From Schmidtea nova (taxonomy: Eukaryota), in the NCBI GenBank assembly GCA_044892505.1, contig CM097883.1, forward strand, positions 347,262,001 to 347,326,000: a stretch of DNA of 64,000 nucleotides. The letters are read 5' to 3'. The notes under the pieces are model-generated. The model did no database searches and was not told the origin of the DNA. It saw only the letters and a program-made list of their open reading frames with translations. Numbering within the stretch: position 1 is the stretch's first letter; every line of letters begins with the position of its first letter. Below, piece by piece: positions 52,577 to 64,000 of this stretch. The translations under genes were made by a program, and so were the position numbers.

Positions 52577-53089
52577 TGCAAAATATAGTAATAAATAATA
52601 AATAACAAACAAATTTTAATCAAATCTTAGTGGAAAAAGCTTAAAAAAATATTTCTATTCAAATTAAAAATATTTAAATTAGTTTTTCATTAGAATTTTA
52701 AAAATTTTATTTAAATATTTTATTTTAACAAAAATTTGAAAGCAGGGTGAATGGAAATTATTTTATTCAGAAAGATTATACATTTCGTAGATAATTATAA
52801 AATTTTTGAAATATATTCATTTTAAATATAAAATATTTAAATTCGTTTTTTATAATTATTTTATAATATTTTTTTTATTTCTTATTATGATAATTATATA
52901 TAATTTTTTTAATTAAACGTGTAGGAATAATAAAAGCAAATTAGTTTTTATTAATAGAAATTGATCGCTAATTGATAAGTCGGTTTTTGGCAACCGGAAA
53001 TCTTGACCGATGATAACAAGAGTTGAAATGAGCAAGCTCCATGACAGTCCGTATTGACTGATTTCTGGTGCTGGCGAATAATCGTTTAA

Positions 53090-53398
53090 TCAAGAATGAT
53101 TGTGATCCAATGTATTGATTTGTAGATTTTTTGAGTTAGTCATTTCAGATTTGTCTGGATAGTAGATTAATATTGATCCAGTTGTTGACAAGCATCTTCC
53201 AGTTTGTACGGCTTCTTTACGCATTCCAGCAGCGAAACATTTCTGCAATCTACGGAACTGGCAATTGTTTCTTCTTTGAATATCGACTACACCATCTCCA
53301 CTAGAGTAGAACTGATAATTGTTGTCATTTGATGAAAACGAGTCACTGTGAATGTCTTGGGTGAATGGGAATATCGAATCATTGTTAACAGCTTGCAT
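53090..53398 (-). pseudogene. Nuclear-receptor DBD fragment (second zinc finger plus T-box, NR2-like), degenerate
   Basis: GDGVVDIQRRNNCQFRRLQKCFAAGMRKEAVQ versus the consensus CxVDxxxRNxCQxCRxxKCxxxGMxxEAVQ; several Cys lost and first finger absent. Confidence 0.75.
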
Positions 53399-53621
53399 TT
53401 TGTTTTTTTTTTGATTAGCATGAAAGTGAAAATATGTAAATATTAAAACAACATCTATTTTACTCCATTTAATAATTAATTAATTTATAAAATTGAAAAT
53501 TTAATCTAAGGCACTACAAAACGATTATTTTTAAATATGTATGCATGTAAATTATGATATTATTACTAATTTACGAATTGTGAAGTAATAAAAGTCACAT
53601 ATCACTTAATTTCATCAACAA

Positions 53622-53882
53622 ATGTTCATTTACAGTAATATAGCCAATCCGGTAATTGTTGGTGATTCATTAGTTCCCATGTTAAAATCGGTATAGATTA
53701 AAAAACATGAACAGGAAGATGTTCTACAAATACAAGTAAAAAATCTAATGTATTTAACGGTATCAACTTCTTGTATAAACAATGTAGAAATTAATATCAG
53801 AGATTATAGAGATAAATTAATAAACTTTCCAATAGATTCAAAAACTCATTTGATTGTACATTTTGGAAAAAGTGATGAGTAA
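53622..53882 (+). pseudogene. Polinton/Maverick minor capsid (penton) C-terminal part
   Basis: MFIYSNIANPVIVGDSLVPMLKSV*...MYLTVSTSCINNVEINIRDYRDKLINFP...LIVHF fits the Polinton penton pattern (YxDIxxxxIVGD..PLL...Y.P...IEI.I.D..G..I.F...LHF). Confidence 0.75.
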
Positions 53883-54480
53883 TTCCGATCTAGTTTCTTT
53901 TGTACAGTAATAGCGAAACTGGAGGCGAATTACCGTATTTTGTAGGTAAATAGTATGTATCAGGTTGGTTGAAAACAATTGGAATATTTTGGAATGAAAA
54001 CTTAGAAGATGTGATCATGAAAGATAATAAAAAAATGCTTTGGCTCCAGTTAATAAAGCTTTACCTGCTGTATCACAAATGTTTCCTTTCATTACAAATA
54101 TGTTTACCAAAAATGAACTGAAACCTGAATCAGTGGGACGAAGACGTAAAGAGAGTAGAAAGCGTATAAACAATCAAATGAAAGGACATTGAACTATATT
54201 TGAAGAACGATTTGCGATAAATCTAAATTATGTCTTAGATCGACCATCTTCCAAACTAGTTATTGAAATTGGGGTATTTGAAGATGTATTTTTAATGAAC
54301 TCTTTAACAGATAGTAGAAATGATATGGAATTTACATTATCGGTTTTCAAACTGAATATTTAAATTTGAATGATACTTTATTATCCGTTACTGTCAAGGT
54401 TGTAGATAAAGATAAAGATAAATTAGCTGATTCAAGTGATGTAGTACATAATATTTAACTGTTTCAAAGATGCAATTTTT
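53876..54480 (+). pseudogene. Polinton small core-like protein remnant followed by major capsid protein N-terminus
   Basis: TGGELPYFVGK*YVSGW (GG cleavage-type motif), then PSSKLVIEIGVFEDV..NSLTDSRNDMEFT / TEYLNLNDTLLSVTVKVVD, an MCP N-terminal pattern; the gene order penton-core-MCP is typical of Polintons. Confidence 0.65.
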
Positions 54481-54590
54481 GGATTTTGGTCGCGCCCGCT
54501 CTTAAAATATTTTTAAAAATAATTAAATAATATTTAAAATAATTAATTGCAGAGCTTGATTGCTGTGAGAGATTGTGGAGCAAGCCTGAA

Positions 54591-54632
54591 GCCTTTAGAC
54601 GGTCTTATCGAAATCTATATAAATCTTATATG
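54591..54632 (+). other. Planarian spliced-leader exon (42 nt) fused to mRNA-like sequence
   Basis: gcctttagacggtcttatcgaaatctatataaatcttatatg matches the S. mediterranea SL as I recall it (GCCGTTAGACGG...TTATATG) at 41/42. It is followed by GAAT, not the GT donor of an SL RNA gene. Confidence 0.85.
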
Positions 54633-54665
54633 GAATATCTCTTCGAACTTTTCTTTTCTTAATAA

Positions 54666-55121
54666 ATGGATGAAACTGAATCTACAATTAACACAACTGC
54701 ATTCTTATCTGGAAACGGTAAATGTCAACCAAATCAAACAATTCAAATAATTTTGGACAATTATAAACTGGAATATTTAGTGAATTTAATTTTAAATGAC
54801 GTAAATAATCGTTTGATTTTTACCCCAACTCACGGAGACAGAAGTGCGATATGTTGTTTTGTACTGCTGTCATTACTTCATCAAGAAAATTCAATGATTA
54901 AAAATCAAATTTGTTTTATTTCTCCCGATAGTAATTGTAATATTAATGCTGAATTGATAATTTTCACTGAAAAATGTCTTATTGAAAATAATCTATCTTT
55001 AATTTCAGAGAAACAAAATCTTAGCATTAATTTAAATAATAAAAGTTCGTGTTTTCTGATTCTAAAAATTATGACGATGAGGATGCATTTCGTCACGTCT
55101 GTGTGCGCAGTGGTGTTGTAG
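54666..55121 (+). pseudogene. Unknown ORF downstream of the SL (retrocopy body; may continue in 55438-55820)
   Basis: 151-aa ORF starting 33 nt after the SL; identical copy at 61532-61987; no family recognised. Confidence 0.45.
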
Positions 55122-55818
55122 TGACAATTTTTATGTGGCTTGATTGGTGTGCGCATACAGACCCGAGGTTCAATAAATCAAAATAAATCAATTTGCTTTT
55201 CTTTTAAAAACTTTGAGACATTATTGATTTGTTTTACTGGGTTAATTTAATGAATTTTTAGGGTTCGGATTTAAAAATTGCTAAGTGAATTTTAAGTAGA
55301 ATTTAAAGGAATTTTTGAGATTGGGTTTTGTCACAGTTTTGTTCGGTTTTATCTGTGCTTTTGGGATGAAAATAATTTTGTAATTTTGATGAATTAATAA
55401 ATCAATGAATTTTGGATTTAATTTCATTTGATTTAAAATGATTAATGAAGAATTGACCGAAGACGAAGATTTTATTGATAATGAGTTGTTACGAAATGTG
55501 GTCAATGAAATCGAGAGCTCTCTTATGGATGATTTAATTAATGTGTTGTCTTTGCGAGATCCAATCATTAATGATAAAGTGAGATCTTCAGTAATTGTAG
55601 AAAAGTTACAATTTAATTCACCGATATCTGACAGTGATTATTGGTGCAAATTGAATGTTTGTTGAACACCTCTTACAGAAAAACTCCAAAATTCTCCAAT
55701 TTGTAAACTTTGTTATAATTTTCGAACGGGCATTTTGTCCAATCCCAGACTCATTCTTGATGATATAGAAGATGGATCTGAAGGAAATGATACTAATAAA
55801 ACTGATGATATAAAATTG

Positions 55819-55875
<57 letters not shown>

Positions 55876-56229
55876 TTAACAATAACCAAAATAATAACAT
55901 CAATTATCTAAATAATATGTCAGTAAATAATAAAAGAAAAAATAATAATAATATTTTGGATTCAGTTCTGAATAAAATCATTAAAGTAAGCTATATCAGT
56001 GATGATGAAGATGAAATTATTAATAATAAAATTATTACTATCAGTGATACTATCAGTGATACTATCAGTGATACTATCAAATACACAAATTAATAATCAA
56101 GTAAATAATCAAATATGATATGGTTTACTCGAAGTTAATTCAGACTTAAACGACAACCATATCATTATTAAAATAGACTTGTCTAATTTATTATTAAAAA
56201 CGGTCTCAGAACCAGATATCCTTCTAAAT

Positions 56230-56880
56230 AAATTAAATTATTTTATAAAAAATGAAATCCGTTAAAAATCATTTTTGCCTAAAGGTAGAATTTGAGAAAG
56301 ATGATGAGTTAGAATCTTTCGTCATCTCAAATTCTGCCAAAGTTTAGAGTGATACCTTCATTGATGAAGGTATTGCTCATTTAAATGGAAATTAATACAA
56401 ATTAATGAAAAAGGTAGCAATTATACTATAAATAAAATCGAATACATTCGCTTTATCCTAACCAAATTTTCGGAAATCAGTCGATTAAGTGGCAAAAGTT
56501 TCATTGAAAACCCAAGATCAATAAAATGTTTAAGCTGCCCTGTAAATGTTATAAACAATGACGACTTTTGTTTCTTATATAGTTTCTTGGCTAAAGTTAA
56601 ATATCATCAATAGGCAAAATAGAAATCGTACTTCCTCTTATGATTTTTCTCAAATAAAATTCGACCCTACTGATATGCCGATGAAACTGGCTAATATAAG
56701 TAAATTCGAGCATCAAAAACCCCGGCTATAGTACTAATGTCCTTACATACGACATAACTAATGATGATGCAGTTATTAATCATCCTTTTACAGATTTAAT
56801 TTACCGAAGTAAGGTAGTATGAGGAATACCGATAAATGTATTACTTTTAGAAAATAAGAATACTTATCATTATATTGCTT
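56230..56880 (+). pseudogene. Polinton protein-primed DNA polymerase B, N-terminal region
   Basis: GSNYTINKIEY...LSGKSFIENP...VNVINNDDFCFLYSFLA...ISKFEHQ...TNV...INVLLLENKNTYHYI, matching the pPolB N-terminal pattern (GSGW...GSSYI.LP...IN..N.D..CF.W..LA...KFE..N...NLLL....HY). Confidence 0.75.
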
Positions 56881-58105
56881 ATCATCATATACTTTCATGT
56901 ACACACACCTAATACCAGTCAAAATTGGTTTACACACATAAAATTCCGCCAAAGTTGGTTTACACATATTATAATCATTCTATCGTAAATGCTCTAGAAG
57001 TGACACATCATACTACTATACATTGTGAACAAAATGGAGAAATTTAGATCCACCTTTTAGGGTACAGTCGAATATAAATTGAGTATTGGACTTAAATGGG
57101 CAATGCAGCTTCCATCGGTCGCCCATAAAACTATCGTGACATTCAGTCAATCAAAGTTTCGAATTTTCAGCGCTCACTGTTTGTGGATGTACACGCATTA
57201 GTTGCATTACCAACGTTACACTGTAGAGGGCAACAAGATGGTTAATCAATGTTTTATGTGCTGAGTTGTTGATGTGAGCCATAATAACGCCAAGGTCATA
57301 ATGACTGTCAATAACCCACCAATAGTAACAATAGAAATTAAACAACCCATACACTAAAAATTCAAAATTATAGAAAACACTTTAAGTAATCGCTGCTTTA
57401 AAATTCTGTTACAAATCAATTGGGCACAAATATCATTAAGCGAAAGTTAGAAAATAAAATTAGATACTGATTTTATAAAAAAAAATCTAATTTAATTGAC
57501 TTAAATACAACGGTGGGTTGAGATTTACAGATTCTTATCTACAAATATTCTTATTGAACATGCAATTATTCACAATTAATTTTTATTGTTTATTATAAAA
57601 TAAAAATTCAAAACGAATTAATAAATTTCAAGAGAGTAAAAGTAGATAAACTAATGTAATAAAAACTAATTTTCGTGATAATTAATATAAAATTTGTAAA
57701 ACTTGAAGTTGAAAGATTAGAAATAATAAAATATTATTACAACTAAAAACTGTTAAAATAATCAATTCTTTTGTATAAATTTTGAAATTTTGGAGCAAAA
57801 TTTAAATGAAAAACTTAAATTGTTTCAATAAATTGTTATTAGAACAAAATTCAAATAAAAAAACATGGAGAAAAATATATTTTATTAAATATATTGTGAG
57901 GTATAATTAATCTTTTTTTATAAACTTAATAAATTTTTTAGAAGGCTTTAACTATCTCAACAGTATTAGAATGATATGCTAAATAGAAAGCTAATAATAT
58001 TATTAAAAACTCGGTATATTTTAAACTATTTTTTCGTCCTATTAAATAATATTTTAACCTTGATAGAAAATATAAAACATACTTTTTTATGTTTATGTTT
58101 ATTTT

Positions 58106-59640
58106 ACAGCGTTTACCAGCTATTTTATCAAATGATTAATATTCCATCAAAAATGAGTTTAAGATATGAGTATTTTTCCTCAACAGTTTTGTATATTTTC
58201 TAACGCTATCAGAAATATCAATTTAATCATTTTAATAAACCAATTTACTTGCTGATTTGTTAATTACAACTCCAATTCGATAATTACATCCGACGTTGAT
58301 TCCGTCTCATTGCGTATATTTTTGATGAGATTAATCTACTACCTTATTCATACATTTATATTTTTTCATTAATTTTTTTCATATAAAATGATCAACAAAT
58401 GAGTTAAGTGTACAAGCAGCTTTCTTATTCAACTCTTATATTTTCTGCTACAATCACAAAAAAAAAATAAATGATTTTAATAAATAAAATTACTTGTTGA
58501 TATATTTATAAACGCGACAGTTCTCTCATTAATTAATTATATTCATTTTTCATCTAATCAGAACCCATCTAATCTCTGAAATTATTAATCAGAATAAGTT
58601 CTCATTTCACACCTAATTGCATTGAAAAGACAGCTAATTGACTGCTTATTGCATGCAATTGCCTTTTATCACAATACCCGATTTTCAAATATTTCACATT
58701 ATTAATTACAACTCTAATTCACTTCGATTCGATAATTACATTCGACGTTGATTCCGTCTCATTACGTATATAATTGATGAGATTAATCTACTGCCTTATT
58801 CATGCATTTATATTTTTTATTAATTTTTTTCATATAAAATCATCAAATGAGTTAAGCGTATAAGCATCTTTCCTTTCCAACTCTTATATTTTCTGCCACA
58901 ATCACAAAAAAACTAATTAAATGATTTTAATAAATAAATATACTTTTTGATATAATTATAAACGTTCCACTGCTCTCATTAATTCAATATATTTATATCT
59001 CATTGAACCCATCTAATAAATTATTAATCAAACCAAGTTCTTATTTCACATCCAATTGCACTGTAAAGGCAGCAAATTAGCTGCTTGCTGCATGCAATTG
59101 ATTTTTATCGCAATAACTGATATTCAAATATTGCAAATAATCTGTGACAATGTAAAGTTTACAGCGTTTACCAGCTATTGTATCAAAAGATTAATATTCC
59201 ATCAAAAATGAATTTAAGATATGAGGTATTTTCCCTCAACTATCAGTAATATCAATTTAATGATTTGAATAAACCAATTTACTTGCTGATTTGTTAATTA
59301 CAACTCCAATTCGATAATTACATTCGACGTTGATTCCGTCTCATTGCGTATATTTTTGATGAGATTAATCTACTACCTTATTCATACATTTATATTTTTT
59401 TCATTAATTTTTTTCATTTAAAATCATCAAAAAATGAGTTTTTATGATTTAATAAACCAATTTACTTGCTGATTTGTTAATTACAACTCCAATTCACTTC
59501 GATTCGATAATTACATTCGACGTTGATTCCGTCTCATTGCGTATATTTTTGATGAGATTAATCTACTGCCTTATTCATACATTTATATTTTTTCATTAAT
59601 TTTTTTCATTTAAAATCATCAAAAAATGAGTTTTTTAGTT
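58106..59640. repeat. Degenerate tandem array of a ~130-190-bp module
   Basis: aattacaactc...cgacgttgattccgtctcatt.cgtata...gatgagattaatctact.ccttattcat at ~58262, 58704, 59296 and 59479; acagcgtttaccagcta block at ~58106 and 59161. Confidence 0.85.
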
Positions 59641-59929
59641 CTCTCATTAATTCGATATATTTATTTCTCATTGAATCCGTCTGTAGTTATCTTAAAATTT
59701 GATTATTAACTATGAATGTTTGCTAAGTGCCGCAGCCACCGTTTGCTTGGTGTCATTTTGGCGGGACATGCAACGGAATGTGAAATTGTTATTATTTTTC
59801 ATTGTTATCGTTTTAAATTTCATTTTTTTAAATAACGCCACGGCAGCTACAGACAAATCATAAAATAAAACACTTTAGTTAAAATCAAAACACACTTTTT
59901 AAAAACAAAGTAGTCAATTGGATTTCGGT

Positions 59930-60610
59930 GGAAAATGGGCCGATATAGTTTAACATAGATTCAAAACAGTCTCTATTTTCTTTCACCTAATGTTGTCGCC
60001 ATTGGAACTCCGATAAAAAGATTACAAATGATGTCTCGCTGTTCCTCTTGTTCCTCTTGATCTCTTGTTCCTCCATTTAGCACTGCTCCACATTCTCTCA
60101 ACTGTTTGTATGAACTCCTTTATCAGGATCAATAAAATTGTATTTATGATTAACTTTAGCATGTAGGAATCCTTTTATTTTTATTTGTTTGGTAACCTTT
60201 CCAACTGTCAGAATAAATTGTGGTACCATCTGCAATGTTTTCAATAATTTTATCAAGAAGGGTAGAGCTAATTATATTAGGAACATGGACAACAAACGAA
60301 TCATTTGTTTCTCTACATATAACACCAAACAGCTGGTGTTCGGGTAATTCTTAACCACAATTATTTTTATCAATTTTCCAACTTTTATCAATTTCCACAA
60401 TACAATCTGGTCCACCTACCTTCTTGTTTGGTTTATTTTCCATATGCAAGACACATAATTGTTTGAATTTATAAGATAAATCAAGTTGCTTTTTACAAAA
60501 TGTAATCGACGTAAACTCCTCGCAACAACAGTATATGAATCTCAAAGCTGAACAAAATTGAATTCTGCTTCCCTCAGACCACTTGTCTTTTCTAAGTCCC
60601 ACTTGCTGAT
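59930..60610 (-). pseudogene. Merlin/ISXO2-like DDE transposase fragment
   Basis: KVGGPDCIVEIDKS, FGVICRET, TIYSDSWKGY, VNHKYNFIDPDKGVHTN and EFQWR; several stops. Confidence 0.85.
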
Positions 60611-60818
60611 CACACTGTCTTAAATTACATTTTCAAAATGTATGTTTACCAAAATAAAGTTTCATGTATATTTTAGTTTTTGGTAAAATATTTCGCTCCT
60701 GAAAAAATAAAATTTGCATCCTAAATACGTATTAAAAAAATCTGTGTGTGAACAACAATTATTAACAGTTAATTAAATATTAAAATTAAATATCAGTTTT
60801 ACATTTTTTTAGAAATTT

Positions 60819-62678
60819 GTATGTATCAGGTTGGTTGAAAACAATTGGAATATTTTGGAATGAAAACTTAGAAGATGTGATCATGAAAGATAATAAAAAA
60901 ATGCTTTGGCTCCAGTTAATAAAGCTTTACCTGCTGTATCACAAATGTTTCCTTTCATTACAAATATGTTTACCAAAAATGAACTGAAACCTGAATCAGT
61001 GGGACGAAGACGTAAAGAGAGTAGAAAGCGTATAAACAATCAAATGAAAGGACATTGAACTATATTTGAAGAACGATTTGCGATAAATCTAAATTATGTC
61101 TTAGATCGACCATCTTCCAAACTAGTTATTGAAATTGGGGTATTTGAAGATGTATTTTTAATGAACTCTTTAACAGATAGTAGAAATGATATGGAATTTA
61201 CATTATCGGTTTTCAAACTGAATATTTAAATTTGAATGATACTTTATTATCCGTTACTGTCAAGGTTGTAGATAAAGATAAAGATAAATTAGCTGATTCA
61301 AGTGATGTAGTACATAATATTTAACTGTTTCAAAGATGCAATTTTTGGATTTTGGTCGCGCCCGCTCTTAAAATATTTTTAAAAATAATTAAATAATATT
61401 TAAAATAATTAATTGCAGAGCTTGATTGCTGTGAGAGATTGTGGAGCAAGCCTGAAGCCTTTAGACGGTCTTATCGAAATCTATATAAATCTTATATGGA
61501 ATATCTCTTCGAACTTTTCTTTTCTTAATAAATGGATGAAACTGAATCTACAATTAACACAACTGCATTCTTATCTGGAAACGGTAAATGTCAACCAAAT
61601 CAAACAATTCAAATAATTTTGGACAATTATAAACTGGAATATTTAGTGAATTTAATTTTAAATGACGTAAATAATCGTTTGATTTTTACCCCAACTCACG
61701 GAGACAGAAGTGCGATATGTTGTTTTGTACTGCTGTCATTACTTCATCAAGAAAATTCAATGATTAAAAATCAAATTTGTTTTATTTCTCCCGATAGTAA
61801 TTGTAATATTAATGCTGAATTGATAATTTTCACTGAAAAATGTCTTATTGAAAATAATCTATCTTTAATTTCAGAGAAACAAAATCTTAGCATTAATTTA
61901 AATAATAAAAGTTCGTGTTTTCTGATTCTAAAAATTATGACGATGAGGATGCATTTCGTCACGTCTGTGTGCGCAGTGGTGTTGTAGTGACAATTTTTAT
62001 GTGGCTTGATTGGTGTGCGCATACAGACCCGAGGTTCAATAAATCAAAATAAATCAATTTGCTTTTCTTTTAAAAACTTTGAGACATTATTGATTTGTTT
62101 TACTGGGTTAATTTAATGAATTTTTAGGGTTCGGATTTAAAAATTGCTAAGTGAATTTTAAGTAGAATTTAAAGGAATTTTTGAGATTGGGTTTTGTTCG
62201 GTTTTATCTGTGCTTTTGGGATGAAAATAATTTTGTAATTTTGATGAATTAATAAATCAATGAATTTTGGATTTAATTTCATTTGATTTAAAATGATTAA
62301 TGAAGAATTGACCGAAGACGAAGATTTTATTGATAATGAGTTGTTACGAAATGTGGTCAATGAAATCGAGAGCTCTCTTATGGATGATTTAATTAATGTG
62401 TTGTCTTTGCGAGATCCAATCATTAATGATAAAGTGAGATCTTCAGTAATTGTAGAAAAGTTACAATTTAATTCACCGATATCTGACAGTGATTATTGGT
62501 GCAAATTGAATGTTTGTTGAACACCTCTTACAGAAAAACTCCAAAATTCTCCAATTTGTAAACTTTGTTATAATTTTCGAACGGGCATTTTGTCCAATCC
62601 CAGACTCATTCTTGATGATATAGAAGATGGATCTGAAGGAAATGATACTAATAAAACTGATGATATAAAATTGATAAT
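60819..62678. repeat. Segmental duplication, copy 2 (1860 bp), including a second SL copy at 61457-61498
   Basis: Near-identical to 53953-55823. Confidence 0.97.
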
Positions 62679-63500
62679 GTTGGGCCAAAACCCAATTTGT
62701 TTTAATAAAACGATAACCCCATAGGTAGAGAACGCGCAAGATTCCATTTTTAATCTTAGCTTCCATTGAAAATCCAACAATTAAGTGGAAAACACCAAAA
62801 GGTGAAGATGAATCAAAACACAGCAACCGGTAGAGTACGCGCTAACTGCGAATTTATGAATATTTTCACTGAAATCTCGAGAAAAAATTAAAAGCAGAAT
62901 GTTTGGAAGCTAGAATAGGCGGAAAACCCATTGAAAGTGCCCATAAAGAACAGAATTTTGTCATAAAACCTTCAAGTGCAGAAAAATTAACACAATTCTA
63001 GAGGAAAATTGTGAATTTATCACAAAATTTCACATATAACAATAGAAAGAATTAATATGGATCGAAAATCATAAATTAAATCTAATCGAACAAATTTCGA
63101 TTCAAACATAAAAATTTTTAAGTAAAATAAATTATTTATAGTTTATAAAAAATTATTATACAAAAATATGGAATTAATTTTCGGAAAATCATTAGAATTA
63201 ATTTAGAAAAAATTAAGAGAAAATTCTAGAACAATTTGTTTTATTGCACTACCGGAGATAGAGAAAATTTGATGGTATATATACCGCCATCAAAATGGCA
63301 GATTTCAGATTTTTGTGGAAAAATTCTTATTTTTTTTTATTTTGCTAACTCAGAATTTGGTGAAAATTTGTGAAAATTTTTCCGAAAAGAAAATTTTCCT
63401 TTTGAAAGATTTTGCTGCCAAGAATTTAGAACTCTTTTGAAAAATTTTGCTGCCAAGAATTTAGAATTCCTTTTGAAAGATTTTGCTGCAAGAGTTTGTG
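62678..63500 (+). mobile_element. Probable LTR-like segment
   Basis: Starts TGTTGGG exactly where the duplication ends; internal short tandem repeats (ttttgctgccaagaatttagaa x2-3 at ~63400-63490) as in the other LTRs; right end not found. Confidence 0.4.
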
Positions 63501-64000
63501 GGAACGAATTTCAAATTTAAGAATTTTGCCAATTTGATTCGGGAAGATTTTTGGAGACACTACGAATCCTTTACGAACGTCTGGAAGCCGTATTGTTACA
63601 AATCTGAGAAAATTCGAGCTTGGAACGTAAGGATTTGTTTGATTTTGGTTATTCTCATTGGGGATTGGAATGGTCGTCTATCATGCCTGACGATCATCCC
63701 ATTCCTCTCCTTTATTTAATATGTTATTTATTATTTTATTGATCATGTATTTTTATTATAATGTTATTAAAATATTTAATGATTAGTTTATTCTCAATTT
63801 TTCTTGAAAAACTTTTGTTTGTTACAAATTCCCAATACACTCAAAAAGTTTTTATTTCAAGTAGCAAATTAAATAAAATTAGAAAAATGAATAAAAAATT
63901 TTTTTTTTTTTTTATCTCCCATATCTTCTGACGATCCGTCCAGCCTTAGTTGTGCGGATCTGTTAGTAGCCTGGGTGGATCGTTGTCTGATTGGTAATCG

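Larger units (their letters stand above)
53953..55823. repeat. Segmental duplication, copy 1 (1871 bp)
   Basis: Near-identical to 60819-62678; offset is 6866 before and 6855 after an 11-bp indel (tcacagttttg). Confidence 0.97.

Noticed and set aside
54591-54632. SL RNA gene
   Set aside because: The exon is not followed by a GT splice donor or a recognisable Sm-site region; it fits a retrocopy better
58106-59640. CRISPR-like array
   Set aside because: Eukaryotic context; long degenerate units, no unique spacers and no cas genes

Overview
Very AT-rich, gapped (5 N-runs) eukaryotic scaffold made mostly of decayed mobile DNA. It is probably from a freshwater planarian (Schmidtea/Dugesia-like), because a 42-nt sequence matching my recollection of the planarian spliced leader (SL) occurs at 54591 and 61457. 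The only clearly intact cellular gene is an intronless LARP1 (50444-52576, minus). Mobile content: a piggyBac with 13-bp TIRs and TTAA TSD; a piggyBac-type MITE; a hAT pseudo-transposase; two Merlin fragments; a mariner fragment; several related ~0.9-kb TGTTG...CAACA LTRs, two with a tRNA-Trp PBS and Gypsy gag; a CsRn1-like Gypsy with a doubled CHCC motif; and a Polinton/Maverick relic (minor capsid, small core protein, major capsid, pPolB pieces). Intronless host-gene fragments (PTB-like RRM, eIF3L, nuclear-receptor DBD) and a recent 1.87-kb duplication are also present. The most interesting signals are (1) a retroelement-associated cassette encoding an FN3-like type I membrane glycoprotein plus a REX4/ISG20-like DEDDh exonuclease (27.6-30.4 kb), with a second, diverged and catalytically degenerate exonuclease homolog at 0.9-1.5 kb, and (2) an SL-capped retrocopy sitting inside the Polinton relic. 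All family assignments are by-eye motif recognition; no searches were run.
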